64,000 nt of DNA from Gemmatimonadales bacterium (GTDB lineage Bacteria > Gemmatimonadota > Gemmatimonadetes > Gemmatimonadales > GWC2-71-9), in NCBI GenBank assembly GCA_038321865.1, contig JBBQFH010000009.1, positions 49,711-113,710 on the forward strand, given 5' to 3'. Positions 48,391 through 59,598 of this stretch are shown here, one piece after another. The position numbers and the translations under genes were made by a program. Within the stretch, counting starts at the first letter, position 1. Every line of letters starts with the position of its first letter. Under the pieces are notes generated by a model that saw only the letters and a list, made by a program, of their open reading frames with translations, ran no database searches and was not told where the DNA came from.

Positions 48391-49013
48391 GCGGTCTCCC
48401 CGCCGCCTGCGGCGGCCAGAATGCTGTTGCCCAGCTCCACGATGCCGTCTCCGGTCTCGCTGCTCACCGGCTGCGTCTGATCCACTTCAAGCCCCAGGGC
48501 ATCGGCCAGCGCAGCCGAGCGTGTCCGCTGGGCGGCCCGGCCAAGCTTGTCCGCCTTGGTGAAGACGGCCAGGACGGCGCGTCCGCTGTCGATCAGGAGC
48601 TGCTGCATCTCCAGATCCTCGGTCGAAGGCTGGTGCCGGATGTCCAGCAGCCACACGACGCCGGCGAGGGTGGTCCGCGACGAAAGGTATTTCGTCACCA
48701 GCCGCCGGTAGCCGTGGCGTGCGCTCTTGCTCGCCTTCGCGAAACCATAGCCGGGGAGGTCGATCAGGTAGAGGGTCGGGAGGCGGAAGACGTTCACCAG
48801 CGATGTCTTGCCCGGAGTGCTGCTGACCCGGGCCAGGCCCGGCCGACCGACCAGGACGTTGAGCAGGCTCGACTTGCCGACGTTCGAGCGGCCGACGAAC
48901 GCGATTTCGGGCAGGACCGGCTCGAGCTGGACCGCAGGATCCGGATAGCTGCCGACGAACTCGACCGGCAGATCTCGCAGCGGGGAAGGCGGGCCCGCTG
49001 CCCGCCCGCTCAC
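48387..49013 (-). CDS. engB: Ribosome biogenesis GTPase EngB/YihA
   Basis: [25 protein letters not shown]. Confidence 0.95.
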   Translation of the reverse strand: MSGRAAGPPSPLRDLPVEFVGSYPDPAVQLEPVLPEIAFVGRSNVGKSSLLNVLVGRPGLARVSSTPGKTSLVNVFRLPTLYLIDLPGYGFAKASKSARHGYRRLVTKYLSSRTTLAGVVWLLDIRHQPSTEDLEMQQLLIDSGRAVLAVFTKADKLGRAAQRTRSAALADALGLEVDQTQPVSSETGDGIVELGNSILAAAGGGETA

Positions 49014-50257
49014 GCCTCTCGCTTGGCGCGCGCGCGCTCGGTCACCACGAGCGGCTGCTTCCCTTCGGTGATCGTTTCCTTGGTGATGACCACTTCCCGC
49101 ACATCGTCCCGGCTGGGCAGGTCGAACATGATGTCGGTCATCATGGTCTCGAGGATGGCGCGGAGCCCGCGGGCGCCGGTGCCTCGCTTGAGCGCCTTCT
49201 GCGCCACCGCCCGGAGCGAGTCGGCATCGAAGGTGAGCCCGACATTCTCGAGGTCGAACAGCTTCCGGTACTGCTTGGTGAGCGCGTTCTTCGGCTCGAC
49301 CAGGATCTTCATCAGTGCCTCCTCGTCGAGCGACTCGAGGGACACCACGACCGGCAGCCGGCCCACCAGTTCCGGAATGAGCCCGAAGCGCAGCAGGTCG
49401 TCCGGCTCGACCTCGGCGTAGGGGTGCCGGGCATCGAGGGCCGGCTTGCCGGCGCGCTCGTGATCGTTGAACCCGATCTGCTGCCGGCCGGTGCGGGACT
49501 CGATGATCTTCTCGAGCCCGTCGAACGCGCCGCCGCAGATGAACAGGATGTCCTTGGTGTTGATCTGGATGTATTCCTGCTGCGGATGCTTCCGGCCGCC
49601 CTGCGGCGGGACCGACGCGATGGTGCCCTCGAGGATCTTCAGCAGCGCCTGCTGCACGCCCTCGCCCGACACGTCGCGGGTGATGCTCGGGTTCTCGCTT
49701 TTCCGCGCGATCTTGTCGATCTCATCGATGTACACGATCCCGCGCTCGCACTCGGCGACGTTGAACTCGCCGGCCTGGAGCAGGCGGACCAGGATGTTCT
49801 CCACGTCCTCGCCCACGTAGCCGGCCTCGGTCAGCGTGGTCGCGTCGGCGATGGTGAAGGGGACGTCGAGAATGCGGGCCAGCGTCTGCGCCAGGAGCGT
49901 CTTGCCGACGCCGGTGGGGCCGAGGAGGAGAATGTTGGACTTGTCGAGCTCGACATCGCCCTCGCGGCCGCTGGCGGCGTTGATGCGCTTGTAGTGATTG
50001 TAGACCGCGACGGAGAGCACCCGCTTGGCGCGCTCCTGGCCGATCACGTACTGGTCGAGGATGTCCTTGATTTCCGATGGGGTGGGAACCTGCGTGATGC
50101 TGTCCGCAACCTCCCGCTCCTCGTCCTCGGCCAGGATCTCGTTGCAGAGCGTGATGCACTCGTTGCAGATATAGACCGAGGGCCCGGAAATGAACTTCCG
50201 GACGGAGTCCTTCGATTTGCCGCAGAAGGAGCAGCGGAGATGCTTATCGTTGGACAT
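49010..50257 (-). CDS. clpX: ATP-dependent Clp protease ATP-binding subunit
   Basis: CSFCGK Zn finger, [27 protein letters not shown] loop, GARGLR. Confidence 0.98.
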   Translation of the reverse strand: MSNDKHLRCSFCGKSKDSVRKFISGPSVYICNECITLCNEILAEDEEREVADSITQVPTPSEIKDILDQYVIGQERAKRVLSVAVYNHYKRINAASGREGDVELDKSNILLLGPTGVGKTLLAQTLARILDVPFTIADATTLTEAGYVGEDVENILVRLLQAGEFNVAECERGIVYIDEIDKIARKSENPSITRDVSGEGVQQALLKILEGTIASVPPQGGRKHPQQEYIQINTKDILFICGGAFDGLEKIIESRTGRQQIGFNDHERAGKPALDARHPYAEVEPDDLLRFGLIPELVGRLPVVVSLESLDEEALMKILVEPKNALTKQYRKLFDLENVGLTFDADSLRAVAQKALKRGTGARGLRAILETMMTDIMFDLPSRDDVREVVITKETITEGKQPLVVTERARAKREA

Positions 50258-50320
50258 GGTCCGGCCGCCAGAAAGTGAGGGTGGGGATGACTGAAAAGTC
50301 ACCCCCCGGTCCCTGATGCG

Positions 50321-50950
50321 TCAAGTCGTCTTGGTGGGGGTGACGGCCGCGGGGATGACCGTTGCACGCGGGGAGAAGACGCTGTCGATCAGCCCGTACG
50401 CCTTCGCCTCTTCGGCGCTCATGAACCGGTCGCGGTCCATGTCGCGCTCGATGGTCTCGATCTGCTGGCCCGTGTGCTGGGCGTAGAGCGCGTTCATCCG
50501 GGCGCGGAGATACAGGATTTCACGCGCCTGAATCTCGATATCGGACGCGGTACCCTGGGCGCCGCCCGACGGCTGGTGAATCATGATCCGCGACTGGGGC
50601 AGGGCGCTTCGCTTGCCCTTGGTCCCGGCCGCGAGCAGGAAGGAGCCCATCGAGGCCGCCATGCCCATGCAGATCGTGTTCACCGGCGCGCGGAGGTGCT
50701 GCATCGTGTCGTAGATCGCCATGCCGGCGCTGACCACGCCGCCCGGCGAGTTGATGTAGATGTAGATGTCCTTGTCGGGGTTGTCGGCCTCGAGAAAGAG
50801 CAGCTGGGCGATGATGATGTTGGCCACGTCATCGTTGATCGGCGCGCCGAGAAACACGATCCGGTCCATCAGCAGGCGCGAAAAGATGTCGTAGCTCCGC
50901 TCGCCGCGGCTGGAGCGCTCGATGATGTAGGGCGGGTACAAGGTGGCCAT
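50321..50950 (-). CDS. clpP: ATP-dependent Clp protease proteolytic subunit
   Basis: [31 protein letters not shown]. Confidence 0.98.
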   Translation of the reverse strand: MATLYPPYIIERSSRGERSYDIFSRLLMDRIVFLGAPINDDVANIIIAQLLFLEADNPDKDIYIYINSPGGVVSAGMAIYDTMQHLRAPVNTICMGMAASMGSFLLAAGTKGKRSALPQSRIMIHQPSGGAQGTASDIEIQAREILYLRARMNALYAQHTGQQIETIERDMDRDRFMSAEEAKAYGLIDSVFSPRATVIPAAVTPTKTT

Positions 50951-50952
50951 CG

Positions 50953-52206
50953 TCAGGGTGTCGCCTCGTCTACGGTTGATTGCTTGAGGAGGAAGTCGAA
51001 CACCTTCTCCTCGGTCAGCCCCCGCTCGAGCTCGGGCAGGCGCTTGGCCTTCTCCAGCTGGGCGTAGAGCTGACCGGTGGATACGCCCCGGGCCTCCGCC
51101 ATCTGCGCCACGCGGGCGTCGATCTCCGATTCCGAGGCCCGGAGCCCGTGCCCCTCGACCAGGGCGTCGAGGATCAGGTCCCGCTTCACCTGCTGCTCGG
51201 CCACCGGGTGGAACTGCTGCTCGAACTGGCCGAGCTGTTCCTCCGGGATCTGGTAGGCGTTCGCGTAGCCGTGCATCAGCTTGTGCACCAGCGACTCGGG
51301 GGCGGTGACGCCGTTGGCCTGCGCCACCTGCTGGATCAGCTGGTCCCGCACCCGGGCGTCGGCGTCGCGGACCGCCTCACGCTCCAGATCCTCCTTCACC
51401 GCCGCGCGGAGGGCGTCGACCGTCTCGAAGTCGCCTACCTCGCGGGCCAGGGCGTCGTCCAGCGCGGGCAGTTCCTGCCGCTTGACCTCGTGCAGCGTGA
51501 TCCGGACGTGGCGGCTCTGGCCGCGGCGCGCCTCGTCGGCGTGGTCGTCGGGGAAGCGGACGTCGGTGTCCACCGTCTGTCCCGGCACCAGCTCCATGAT
51601 CCGCTCCTCGAGCTGCGGGAGCGCACGGTTTTCGCCCAGCACCAGATCGTAGGGCTGCGACGTGCCGGCAACATCCCCCTCGAGCGGCGCCACTTCGACC
51701 CGGACCATCTGGCCCGGCGCCGGTCTGGTTCCCTCGATCGGCGTCCAGGTGGCCTTCTGCTCGCGGATCCGCTCGATCTGCTCGGTCACGGCCTCGTCAC
51801 CCACCGGGATCAGCTCCCGCCGGATCGTGAAGCCACCGGTGTGCTCCAGCTTCAGCTCGGGCCGCACCTCGACCAGCAGCTCGAATTCGATGGGGCTGCC
51901 GTCCTCGAACTTGACGTTCCGGATGCTGGGATCGCTGATGGGCTTGAGCGACTCGCTGGTCTTGGCGCTCTCCCAGCTTTCCCGGATGACCTCCTCCAGG
52001 ACCGACTGCCGGATGGCATCGCCAAAGCGTTTGCGGACTACGGCTTCCGGCGCCTTGCCCTGACGGAATCCGGGCAGCCGGGCGCGCTGGGCATAGTACT
52101 TCAGCGCCTTCGACTCCGCCGCACGCACCCGGTCCACCGGCACGGTGACCTTGAGCGATTTTGAGGCGGCGTCGGCGGCGGTCGTTTCGACGGTGATGTC
52201 TGACAT
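50953..52206 (-). CDS. tig: Trigger factor
   Basis: PGFRQGKAP ribosome-binding motif; FKBP-like middle; tig-clpP-clpX order. Confidence 0.95.
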   Translation of the reverse strand: MSDITVETTAADAASKSLKVTVPVDRVRAAESKALKYYAQRARLPGFRQGKAPEAVVRKRFGDAIRQSVLEEVIRESWESAKTSESLKPISDPSIRNVKFEDGSPIEFELLVEVRPELKLEHTGGFTIRRELIPVGDEAVTEQIERIREQKATWTPIEGTRPAPGQMVRVEVAPLEGDVAGTSQPYDLVLGENRALPQLEERIMELVPGQTVDTDVRFPDDHADEARRGQSRHVRITLHEVKRQELPALDDALAREVGDFETVDALRAAVKEDLEREAVRDADARVRDQLIQQVAQANGVTAPESLVHKLMHGYANAYQIPEEQLGQFEQQFHPVAEQQVKRDLILDALVEGHGLRASESEIDARVAQMAEARGVSTGQLYAQLEKAKRLPELERGLTEEKVFDFLLKQSTVDEATP

Positions 52207-52212
52207 GGGAGG

Positions 52213-52242
52213 AATCTAGCCGGGCCCGACAGCCAGGGTCAA
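52213..52242 (-). promoter_or_regulatory. Leaderless sigma70 promoter of tig
   Basis: TTGACC-18-TAGATT-6-ATG. Confidence 0.65.
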
Positions 52243-52255
52243 TTTCGGGAGCCAG

Positions 52256-52337
52256 TGCGAACGGGGGGAGTCGAACCCCCACCCCTTGCGGGACAGGATC
52301 CTAAGTCCTGCGCGTCTGCCAGTTTCGCCACGCTCGC
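52256..52337 (-). tRNA. tRNA-Leu (anticodon TAG), CCA not encoded
   Basis: Acceptor GCGAGCG/CGTTCGC, anticodon arm CAGGA-CTTAGGA-TCCTG, long variable arm, GTTCGAC T-loop. Confidence 0.95.
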
Positions 52338-52355
52338 GCCTGCCGTGTGCTGCCG

Positions 52356-52760
52356 CTACGCCACCGGGTCCGGCAGCGTGTACTCGAATTCGTACGAATG
52401 CTTCCCGCCGGCGGCGATGACGATGTTCATCGTCCCCTCGAGACCCGACAGCTCGCCCGTGCCGGAGGATGGGGCCACCCGGACGCTCAGCTGCTGGCCC
52501 TCCCGCGTCATCGTGCCGGCATGGTGCAGCACGAATGATCCACGGCGGCCGCCCAGCGATCCGTCCACCAGCTCGATCGCCACGTAAACGGCCGAGTCGT
52601 TGTCCGCCGTCCGCGACGCCAGCATCTGGCCCCGGCTGACGGCATCGAGCTCGCCGTGAAACCGCTTGTCGAGCAGCATGCGGCCCACGGCAGGGGCTGC
52701 ATCCTCCGCCGGCTGCGGGATCACCTTTACATCGAATGCGCCGCTCACCCGGGTACTCAT
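52356..52760 (-). CDS. DUF3224-family protein
   Basis: KRFHGEL, YVAIE, GRRGSFVLHHAG, SGTGELSGLEG. Confidence 0.85.
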   Translation of the reverse strand: MSTRVSGAFDVKVIPQPAEDAAPAVGRMLLDKRFHGELDAVSRGQMLASRTADNDSAVYVAIELVDGSLGGRRGSFVLHHAGTMTREGQQLSVRVAPSSGTGELSGLEGTMNIVIAAGGKHSYEFEYTLPDPVA

Positions 52761-52770
52761 CGCCGGCTCC

Positions 52771-53559
52771 TCAAAATCGTCTCGTCTCCCCCGGCCGCAT
52801 GACGACCAGCCGCGGGTCGCCCGCAAAGGCCTGCCGCACCTCGGCTTCGGTCGCCAGGCCGGGGAAGGTGCCGTAGTGCATCGGCACGATGGTGGTCGGC
52901 TTGAAGTAGCGCCGGACCGCCAGCGCCGCCGTCCGGGGGTCCTCGGTGAACGGCCCGCCGCCGACGCCCAGCAGGATGATATCCGGGTGGTAGAGCTCCT
53001 GAATCAGCGCCATGTCACCGAAGATCCAGGTGTCGCCGGTGTGGTACAGCGTCCGCCCGCCGGCGAATTCGAGCACGAATCCGAGCGGCCGGCCCGGCTC
53101 GCTCGAGTGCATCGCGGGCACCAGATGGATGGTGACGTCACCGATCCGGAAGGTGCCGCCGACATTGCCGCCCTTCACCTGGGCTTCGGGCAGGCCGAGC
53201 GAGCCGGCGTATTCGTATGCGCTGATCACCGGCGCGCCACTCGCCTGGGCGATGGCCTTGGCGTCGGCCGAATGATCGGAGTGGGCATGCGTGACCAGGA
53301 TCGCCGCCGGCCGTGCCGCCCCGCCGTAGCGGACCAACGCCTTGAGCGAGTCGGGCGTGGAGGGATTTCCGGTGATGAAGGGATCGATGAGAATCCGCGT
53401 GCCGCCGGGCGAGACGATCTCGAAGGTGGCATGGCCCAGCCAGCGCACCTGCACCTTGGGCGCGGACTGCGCCGCCCCGCTCGGCCCGATGCAGAGCAGG
53501 GCGACCGCGGCCGCGCCGATGGTTCCTCGAACGAGCGCCCAGGGCAGTCGGGTATGCAT
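52771..53559 (-). CDS. UPF0173-like MBL-fold hydrolase with signal peptide
   Basis: WLGHA, IDPFI, THAHSDH, HSS, YHTGDT, PMHYGTFP. Confidence 0.87.
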   Translation of the reverse strand: MHTRLPWALVRGTIGAAAVALLCIGPSGAAQSAPKVQVRWLGHATFEIVSPGGTRILIDPFITGNPSTPDSLKALVRYGGAARPAAILVTHAHSDHSADAKAIAQASGAPVISAYEYAGSLGLPEAQVKGGNVGGTFRIGDVTIHLVPAMHSSEPGRPLGFVLEFAGGRTLYHTGDTWIFGDMALIQELYHPDIILLGVGGGPFTEDPRTAALAVRRYFKPTTIVPMHYGTFPGLATEAEVRQAFAGDPRLVVMRPGETRRF

Positions 53560-53768
53560 GTCGGCACCAGGGGAAAGGGTACGCTGACGGACCGCGGCAA
53601 TATGCCGCCATCACCCCCGGCGGCGCCAGAAATCCGGCAGGCCGGGCGAGCGGTGGCGCCGAGCTCGGCATTCTGCACTGAGCGGCCCGCCCCTGCTGAT
53701 CCTGGCGGGGGCCGGGTATAGTTGTGTGCGAAAATTCCGCTCCATCCGCAGGGCTCGGGAGATCGAGA

Positions 53769-55361
<1,593 letters not shown>

Positions 55362-55362
55362 G

Positions 55363-57627
55363 CTACGGCTGCAGGCGCGCCTGTGACCCCTTGAGATAAC
55401 GCGCCAGGTACTCCGCACTGACCGACTGGATCAGCCGCGAGCTGGCCGCGTTGTACGCCGCCCCGTGGTGGCCCGGCGGATAGATCCGGGTGTCCACGTC
55501 CTTGCCGGCGTTGGTCAGCGCGGTCAGCAGCTGCATCGTGTTCTGCGGGTGCACGTTGTCGTCGAGCATCGAATGGATCAGCAGCAGGTGCCCCTTGAGC
55601 TTCGGCGCGTTGGCGATCGCCGAGCTTTCCTTGTACCCGTCGGCGTTGTCGGGCAGGAGGCCCATGTAGCGCTCGGTGTAGATCGTGTCGTAGAACTCCC
55701 AGTCCGCGACCGCCGAGTTGGCGACGCCGACTGTGAAGATGTCGGGAAACATCTCCATGGTGTACAGCGTGCTGTACCCGCCGTAGCTGGTGCCCATGAT
55801 GCTGATGTGCGAGCCGTCGACGAACGGCCGCTTGGCGAGGTAACGCGCGGTCTCGGCGAAGTCGTTCGCCTCCCACTTGCCGAGATGCTTGTAGACCGTC
55901 TTCATGAACGCGCTGCCGTAGTTGTTCGAGCCGCGGTTGTTCACGCCGATGATGATGTACCCGTCCTGCGCCATCCACTGGGCCCAGCCGCCGGTGCCGA
56001 ACTGGTCGTACACCTGCTGGGAGCCGGGGCCGCCGTAGACCGCGAAGATCACCGGATACTTCTTCGTCGAGTCGAAGCCGATCGGCTTGATCATCGACGC
56101 GTCGATCCGCACGTTGTCGGACGTCGTGAAGCTGAACGGCTCCGCCGGCGAATACTCGTGCGTCGCCAGCCACTGGGTGACGGCGGCGTTGTCTTCCATC
56201 GTCCGCATCTTGCTGCGCGTCGCCGTCGACCAGAGCTCGACCTGCGTCGGTTGGGTCACTGAGGACCAACGGTCGATGAAGTACGCCGCGTTGGGCGACA
56301 TGTCGATCCGGTGATTCCCCGGTGCCGTGGTGATCCGGCGCTGGCCCGAGCCGTCGAACTTCACCTCGTACAGCTGCCGCTGGAGCGGCGACGCCTGGGT
56401 CGACGAGAAGTAGATCATCTGGCGCTTCGAATCGATGCCCTCGACCCGCGTCACGCTCCACTTTCCGCTGGTGACCTGCCTGATCAGCTTCCCGCTGTAG
56501 TCGTAGCGGTAGATGTGCTGCCAGCCGTCGCGGTCCGAGATCCAGAAGAACTCATGCGCCCCCTCCGGGAACGTCATCATGTCCTGGATGCCGGCGTAGA
56601 AGTCGTACACGTCGATCCAGGTGGATGACTTCTCCGACATCACCTGGCGCCTGCCGCCGGTGTTGACGTCGAAGAAGAAGAGCTTCATCTCGTTCTGCGC
56701 CCGGTTGAGCGTGATCACCGCGATCGTGTCCGGCCGGCTCGTCCAGTAGATGCGGGGGATGTAGAACTCGCCCTGCTCACCGGTGTCGAGCCAGGTGTTT
56801 TTCCCGCTCTTCACGTCCACCACACCGACCTTCACCCGGGGATTGGTGTCACCGGGCTGGGGGATCCGGATCTGGTCGTACGCCGCATGATGCCCGGAGA
56901 AGTCGGTAAACTGATTGACCGGCTCCGCCGTCTCATCCACCTGCCAGAAGGCGATGTGCCGGCTGTCGGGTGACCAGTTCCACGCCTGCGCCAGGCCGAA
57001 CTCCTCCTCGTAGACCCAGTCGAAATGTCCGTTGTACACATGCTCGGTGGCGTCGCTGGTCAGGCGCGTCTCCTGGTTGGTCGCGAGGGTGGTGACGTAC
57101 ATGTCGCCCCCGCGCTCGAAGCCGAGCATGTTTCCGTCGGGCGACAGCCCGGCGGTGCGGGCGCCGCGCGTCGCCGCCTTGAGGCTCCGGTCGGCCAGGG
57201 TGTAGATGTAGAAGTCGGAGATGCCGGAGCGGCGGTAGATCGGCTTGAAGTTGCTCTGGAACACGAGCCGCTTCGAGTCACGCGTCCACTGGAACGACTG
57301 GTAGGTGAACGGCTCGCTCCCGCCCGGAAAGGTGAGTCCCTCGGCGGTGAAGAGGAGGGTGTCCCGGCCGGTCACCGGATCGGTGGCTCGGAGGACGGAC
57401 TTGCCGGTCTTCGCGTCGCGGTCGATGTAGGAGAAGCGCGCGCCGCCGTCGATCCAGTTGACGCCACGCGGTCCCGGGCGGCCCGCCATCTGGCCTCCGG
57501 CACGCAGCGCCTCGTCGAGGCTGGCGAACCGCTGTTTCTGCTGCGCCTGGCCGGCGGCCGGCAGGCCGAGGCAGAACAGTGTGGCCAGAATGATTGCAGA
57601 ACGGTGCGCCATTCGTTCACTCCGCAT
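55363..57627 (-). CDS. S9B dipeptidyl-peptidase IV family, exported
   Basis: DWVYEEE, YGGPGSQ, GTSYGG nucleophile, YTERYM, DDNVH, GHH. Confidence 0.93.
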   Translation of the reverse strand: MRSERMAHRSAIILATLFCLGLPAAGQAQQKQRFASLDEALRAGGQMAGRPGPRGVNWIDGGARFSYIDRDAKTGKSVLRATDPVTGRDTLLFTAEGLTFPGGSEPFTYQSFQWTRDSKRLVFQSNFKPIYRRSGISDFYIYTLADRSLKAATRGARTAGLSPDGNMLGFERGGDMYVTTLATNQETRLTSDATEHVYNGHFDWVYEEEFGLAQAWNWSPDSRHIAFWQVDETAEPVNQFTDFSGHHAAYDQIRIPQPGDTNPRVKVGVVDVKSGKNTWLDTGEQGEFYIPRIYWTSRPDTIAVITLNRAQNEMKLFFFDVNTGGRRQVMSEKSSTWIDVYDFYAGIQDMMTFPEGAHEFFWISDRDGWQHIYRYDYSGKLIRQVTSGKWSVTRVEGIDSKRQMIYFSSTQASPLQRQLYEVKFDGSGQRRITTAPGNHRIDMSPNAAYFIDRWSSVTQPTQVELWSTATRSKMRTMEDNAAVTQWLATHEYSPAEPFSFTTSDNVRIDASMIKPIGFDSTKKYPVIFAVYGGPGSQQVYDQFGTGGWAQWMAQDGYIIIGVNNRGSNNYGSAFMKTVYKHLGKWEANDFAETARYLAKRPFVDGSHISIMGTSYGGYSTLYTMEMFPDIFTVGVANSAVADWEFYDTIYTERYMGLLPDNADGYKESSAIANAPKLKGHLLLIHSMLDDNVHPQNTMQLLTALTNAGKDVDTRIYPPGHHGAAYNAASSRLIQSVSAEYLARYLKGSQARLQP

Positions 57628-59320
57628 GAGTTGGTGGTGTGGCGACGGTGTCGGAGAGTCCCAGCACGTCGATGCCCTGTTCGAAGATGATGTCCACCGG
57701 AATACCCGCCGTCTTGAGCCGGCCCAGATCGGTCTGGAGCGTCGGGGCGATCCGGCCCGACTGTTCCATGAACGTCGTCACGCCGGCGTAGTCACCGGTG
57801 CCCTGCAGCCGGAGGATCTTCTCGGCGAGGGCGTTGATGGCGTCGCGCATCTTCGGCTGGTCGACCCGGTAGGTACCCGTCGCGCTGTCGCGGGTGAAGG
57901 CACCGCGCTCGTTCAGGAAGCTGAAGGTCGCCATGTTGGCCCGGCCGTGGGCATCCGACGCGCCGAACCGGACCGACCGGATGATCCCGGCCAGGAAGGT
58001 GACGTAGTTGTCGAGCAGGTTCTCCTTCGCCAGCTCGCCCTGGGCGTTCAGCGCCGCGACCATGTAGAGCCCGAGCACGTCGGCCTTCTCCTCCTCCAGC
58101 CCGCCGGCCCGCTCCTTGAGCGCCGCGCGGACGGTGCTCTTCCCGTCGAGCGTCCGCTTGATGCCGAGCCCGTGCGCCACTTCATGGAACATGGTGTTCT
58201 CGAAGAAGGCGTCGAAGGTGATGCTCGCGCGCTGGTCCGGCGCGATGAAGACGTCGGCGATCGGCTTCAGGATCCGGTCGAACTTGGCGCGCATCGCGTT
58301 CTTGAGCTGAAGTCGCCGGGTGCCCTTCTGGAGCTGGACCGTCTCGTCGTTGGGGAGGTCGATGGCGATCGTCTTGGCGCCCGCGTTGGCCTGGCCGGCG
58401 TAGAAGACGGCGTCGTACGCGTTGAGGTCGGAGTCGGTGCCGGGCTTTTCCCGCTTGAATTCCTCGGGAACGGGGAGCCCGCGCTGCAGCGCCGGCAGCA
58501 TCGCCGCATACCGGGCCAGCCGCTGGCTCCATTCCCGGTCCTTGATTAGCACGTAGGACTCGTGCGCCGTCTTGATGCCGAGGAGCCCGTCCTCGTAGGT
58601 CTCGATCGGTCCGACCACGATATCGAGCGTATTGCGCTTCATGGCGAGCCACGCCAGATCGCTGGCCCGGTAGTCGTCGGTCTCCAGCGCCCTGGCGCGG
58701 AGCTCGAGAAAGCGGCGGAGGCCGGCGTCGTCGGCCAGGGCGGCCGCCGCGCGGAGCTTCGCCACCACCCGGCCCACCGCGTCGGCAAAGGCGACGTGAT
58801 ACGGTATCGCCGAGAGCTTCCCGGCCGAGTCGCGGCGGACCACCGTGTACTCACCCTTGAGCGCCGGGTTCGACACCGCGGCCGCCTGCAGACTTTCCGC
58901 CGTCAGCCCGACCGGATAGAAGCCCGCCCCCGCCGGCTTGGGCCCGACGCCCGCGACGAACGGCGAGTCGTTGGCCAGCCGGTCCCAGGGCCCGTAATTG
59001 ATCTCGGCGTACCGGCGCACCGCTGAGTCCGCGATCGAGGCGAGCAGCGAATCGCGGTTGCCGTACGCCTCCGTCCAGTAGATGCCGTCCATCTCCCGGG
59101 CGGCGTCGATGAGGAGCGGAATCATCTGGCGCTCGTGCGCGCTGAGCCCGCTCAGGTCGGCGGTCAGCCGGACCGGTATGTACTGGCCGATCTTCGCGGC
59201 CATACCGGCTCCGGCCGCGGGCTTCGATGTGTCGGCTGAGGCCGGCGTCCTGTCCGTCGCCGCCGGCTGGCAGGCGATCAGTACGAGCAGCGCGGCAGGC
59301 CAGCAGCGCGCGGTGGTCAC
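57617..59320 (-). CDS. M49 dipeptidyl-peptidase III-like Zn hydrolase, lipoprotein
   Basis: LIAC lipobox, NYGPWDRL, GPIETYED, LPND, HEVAH, EEEKAD; GTG start 59320. Confidence 0.87.
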   Translation of the reverse strand: MTTARCWPAALLVLIACQPAATDRTPASADTSKPAAGAGMAAKIGQYIPVRLTADLSGLSAHERQMIPLLIDAAREMDGIYWTEAYGNRDSLLASIADSAVRRYAEINYGPWDRLANDSPFVAGVGPKPAGAGFYPVGLTAESLQAAAVSNPALKGEYTVVRRDSAGKLSAIPYHVAFADAVGRVVAKLRAAAALADDAGLRRFLELRARALETDDYRASDLAWLAMKRNTLDIVVGPIETYEDGLLGIKTAHESYVLIKDREWSQRLARYAAMLPALQRGLPVPEEFKREKPGTDSDLNAYDAVFYAGQANAGAKTIAIDLPNDETVQLQKGTRRLQLKNAMRAKFDRILKPIADVFIAPDQRASITFDAFFENTMFHEVAHGLGIKRTLDGKSTVRAALKERAGGLEEEKADVLGLYMVAALNAQGELAKENLLDNYVTFLAGIIRSVRFGASDAHGRANMATFSFLNERGAFTRDSATGTYRVDQPKMRDAINALAEKILRLQGTGDYAGVTTFMEQSGRIAPTLQTDLGRLKTAGIPVDIIFEQGIDVLGLSDTVATPPTHAE

Positions 59321-59586
59321 CGTCCCTCCACGACGCGCTCGCCCGGCGTATGCCGCTCCGCGCGTCCCGCGCCCGGGTGGGCCTTCGCCTCCTGAAACCG
59401 CTCGCCCTTGAGCCGCACGTAGGTCACGAACGTCTCGTACTCCTCCTCGGTCAGCGCGTCCGCGATGCCGGGGACCAGCCCCTTCACCAGGGTGATGCGC
59501 TCCAGCACGCTCAGTGACTTCGCCTCGTCCACGAGGCGCCGGAGCACGGGATGGTTCATCCAATCGGTTTCCTGGCTGGTGGTCAT
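59317..59586 (-). CDS. Small hypothetical protein (89 aa)
   Basis: GGAG RBS; stop overlaps the next start; 12 nt after upstream stop. Confidence 0.72.
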   Translation of the reverse strand: MTTSQETDWMNHPVLRRLVDEAKSLSVLERITLVKGLVPGIADALTEEEYETFVTYVRLKGERFQEAKAHPGAGRAERHTPGERVVEGR

Positions 59587-59598
59587 GCGGAGCTCCCT

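Noticed and set aside
52256..52337. tRNA as amber suppressor for the TAG at 48043
   Set aside because: The anticodon is TAG, which reads CUA (Leu); a suppressor needs anticodon CTA
52207..53600. Genomic island at tRNA-Leu
   Set aside because: No integrase or duplicated tRNA 3' end; tig follows directly
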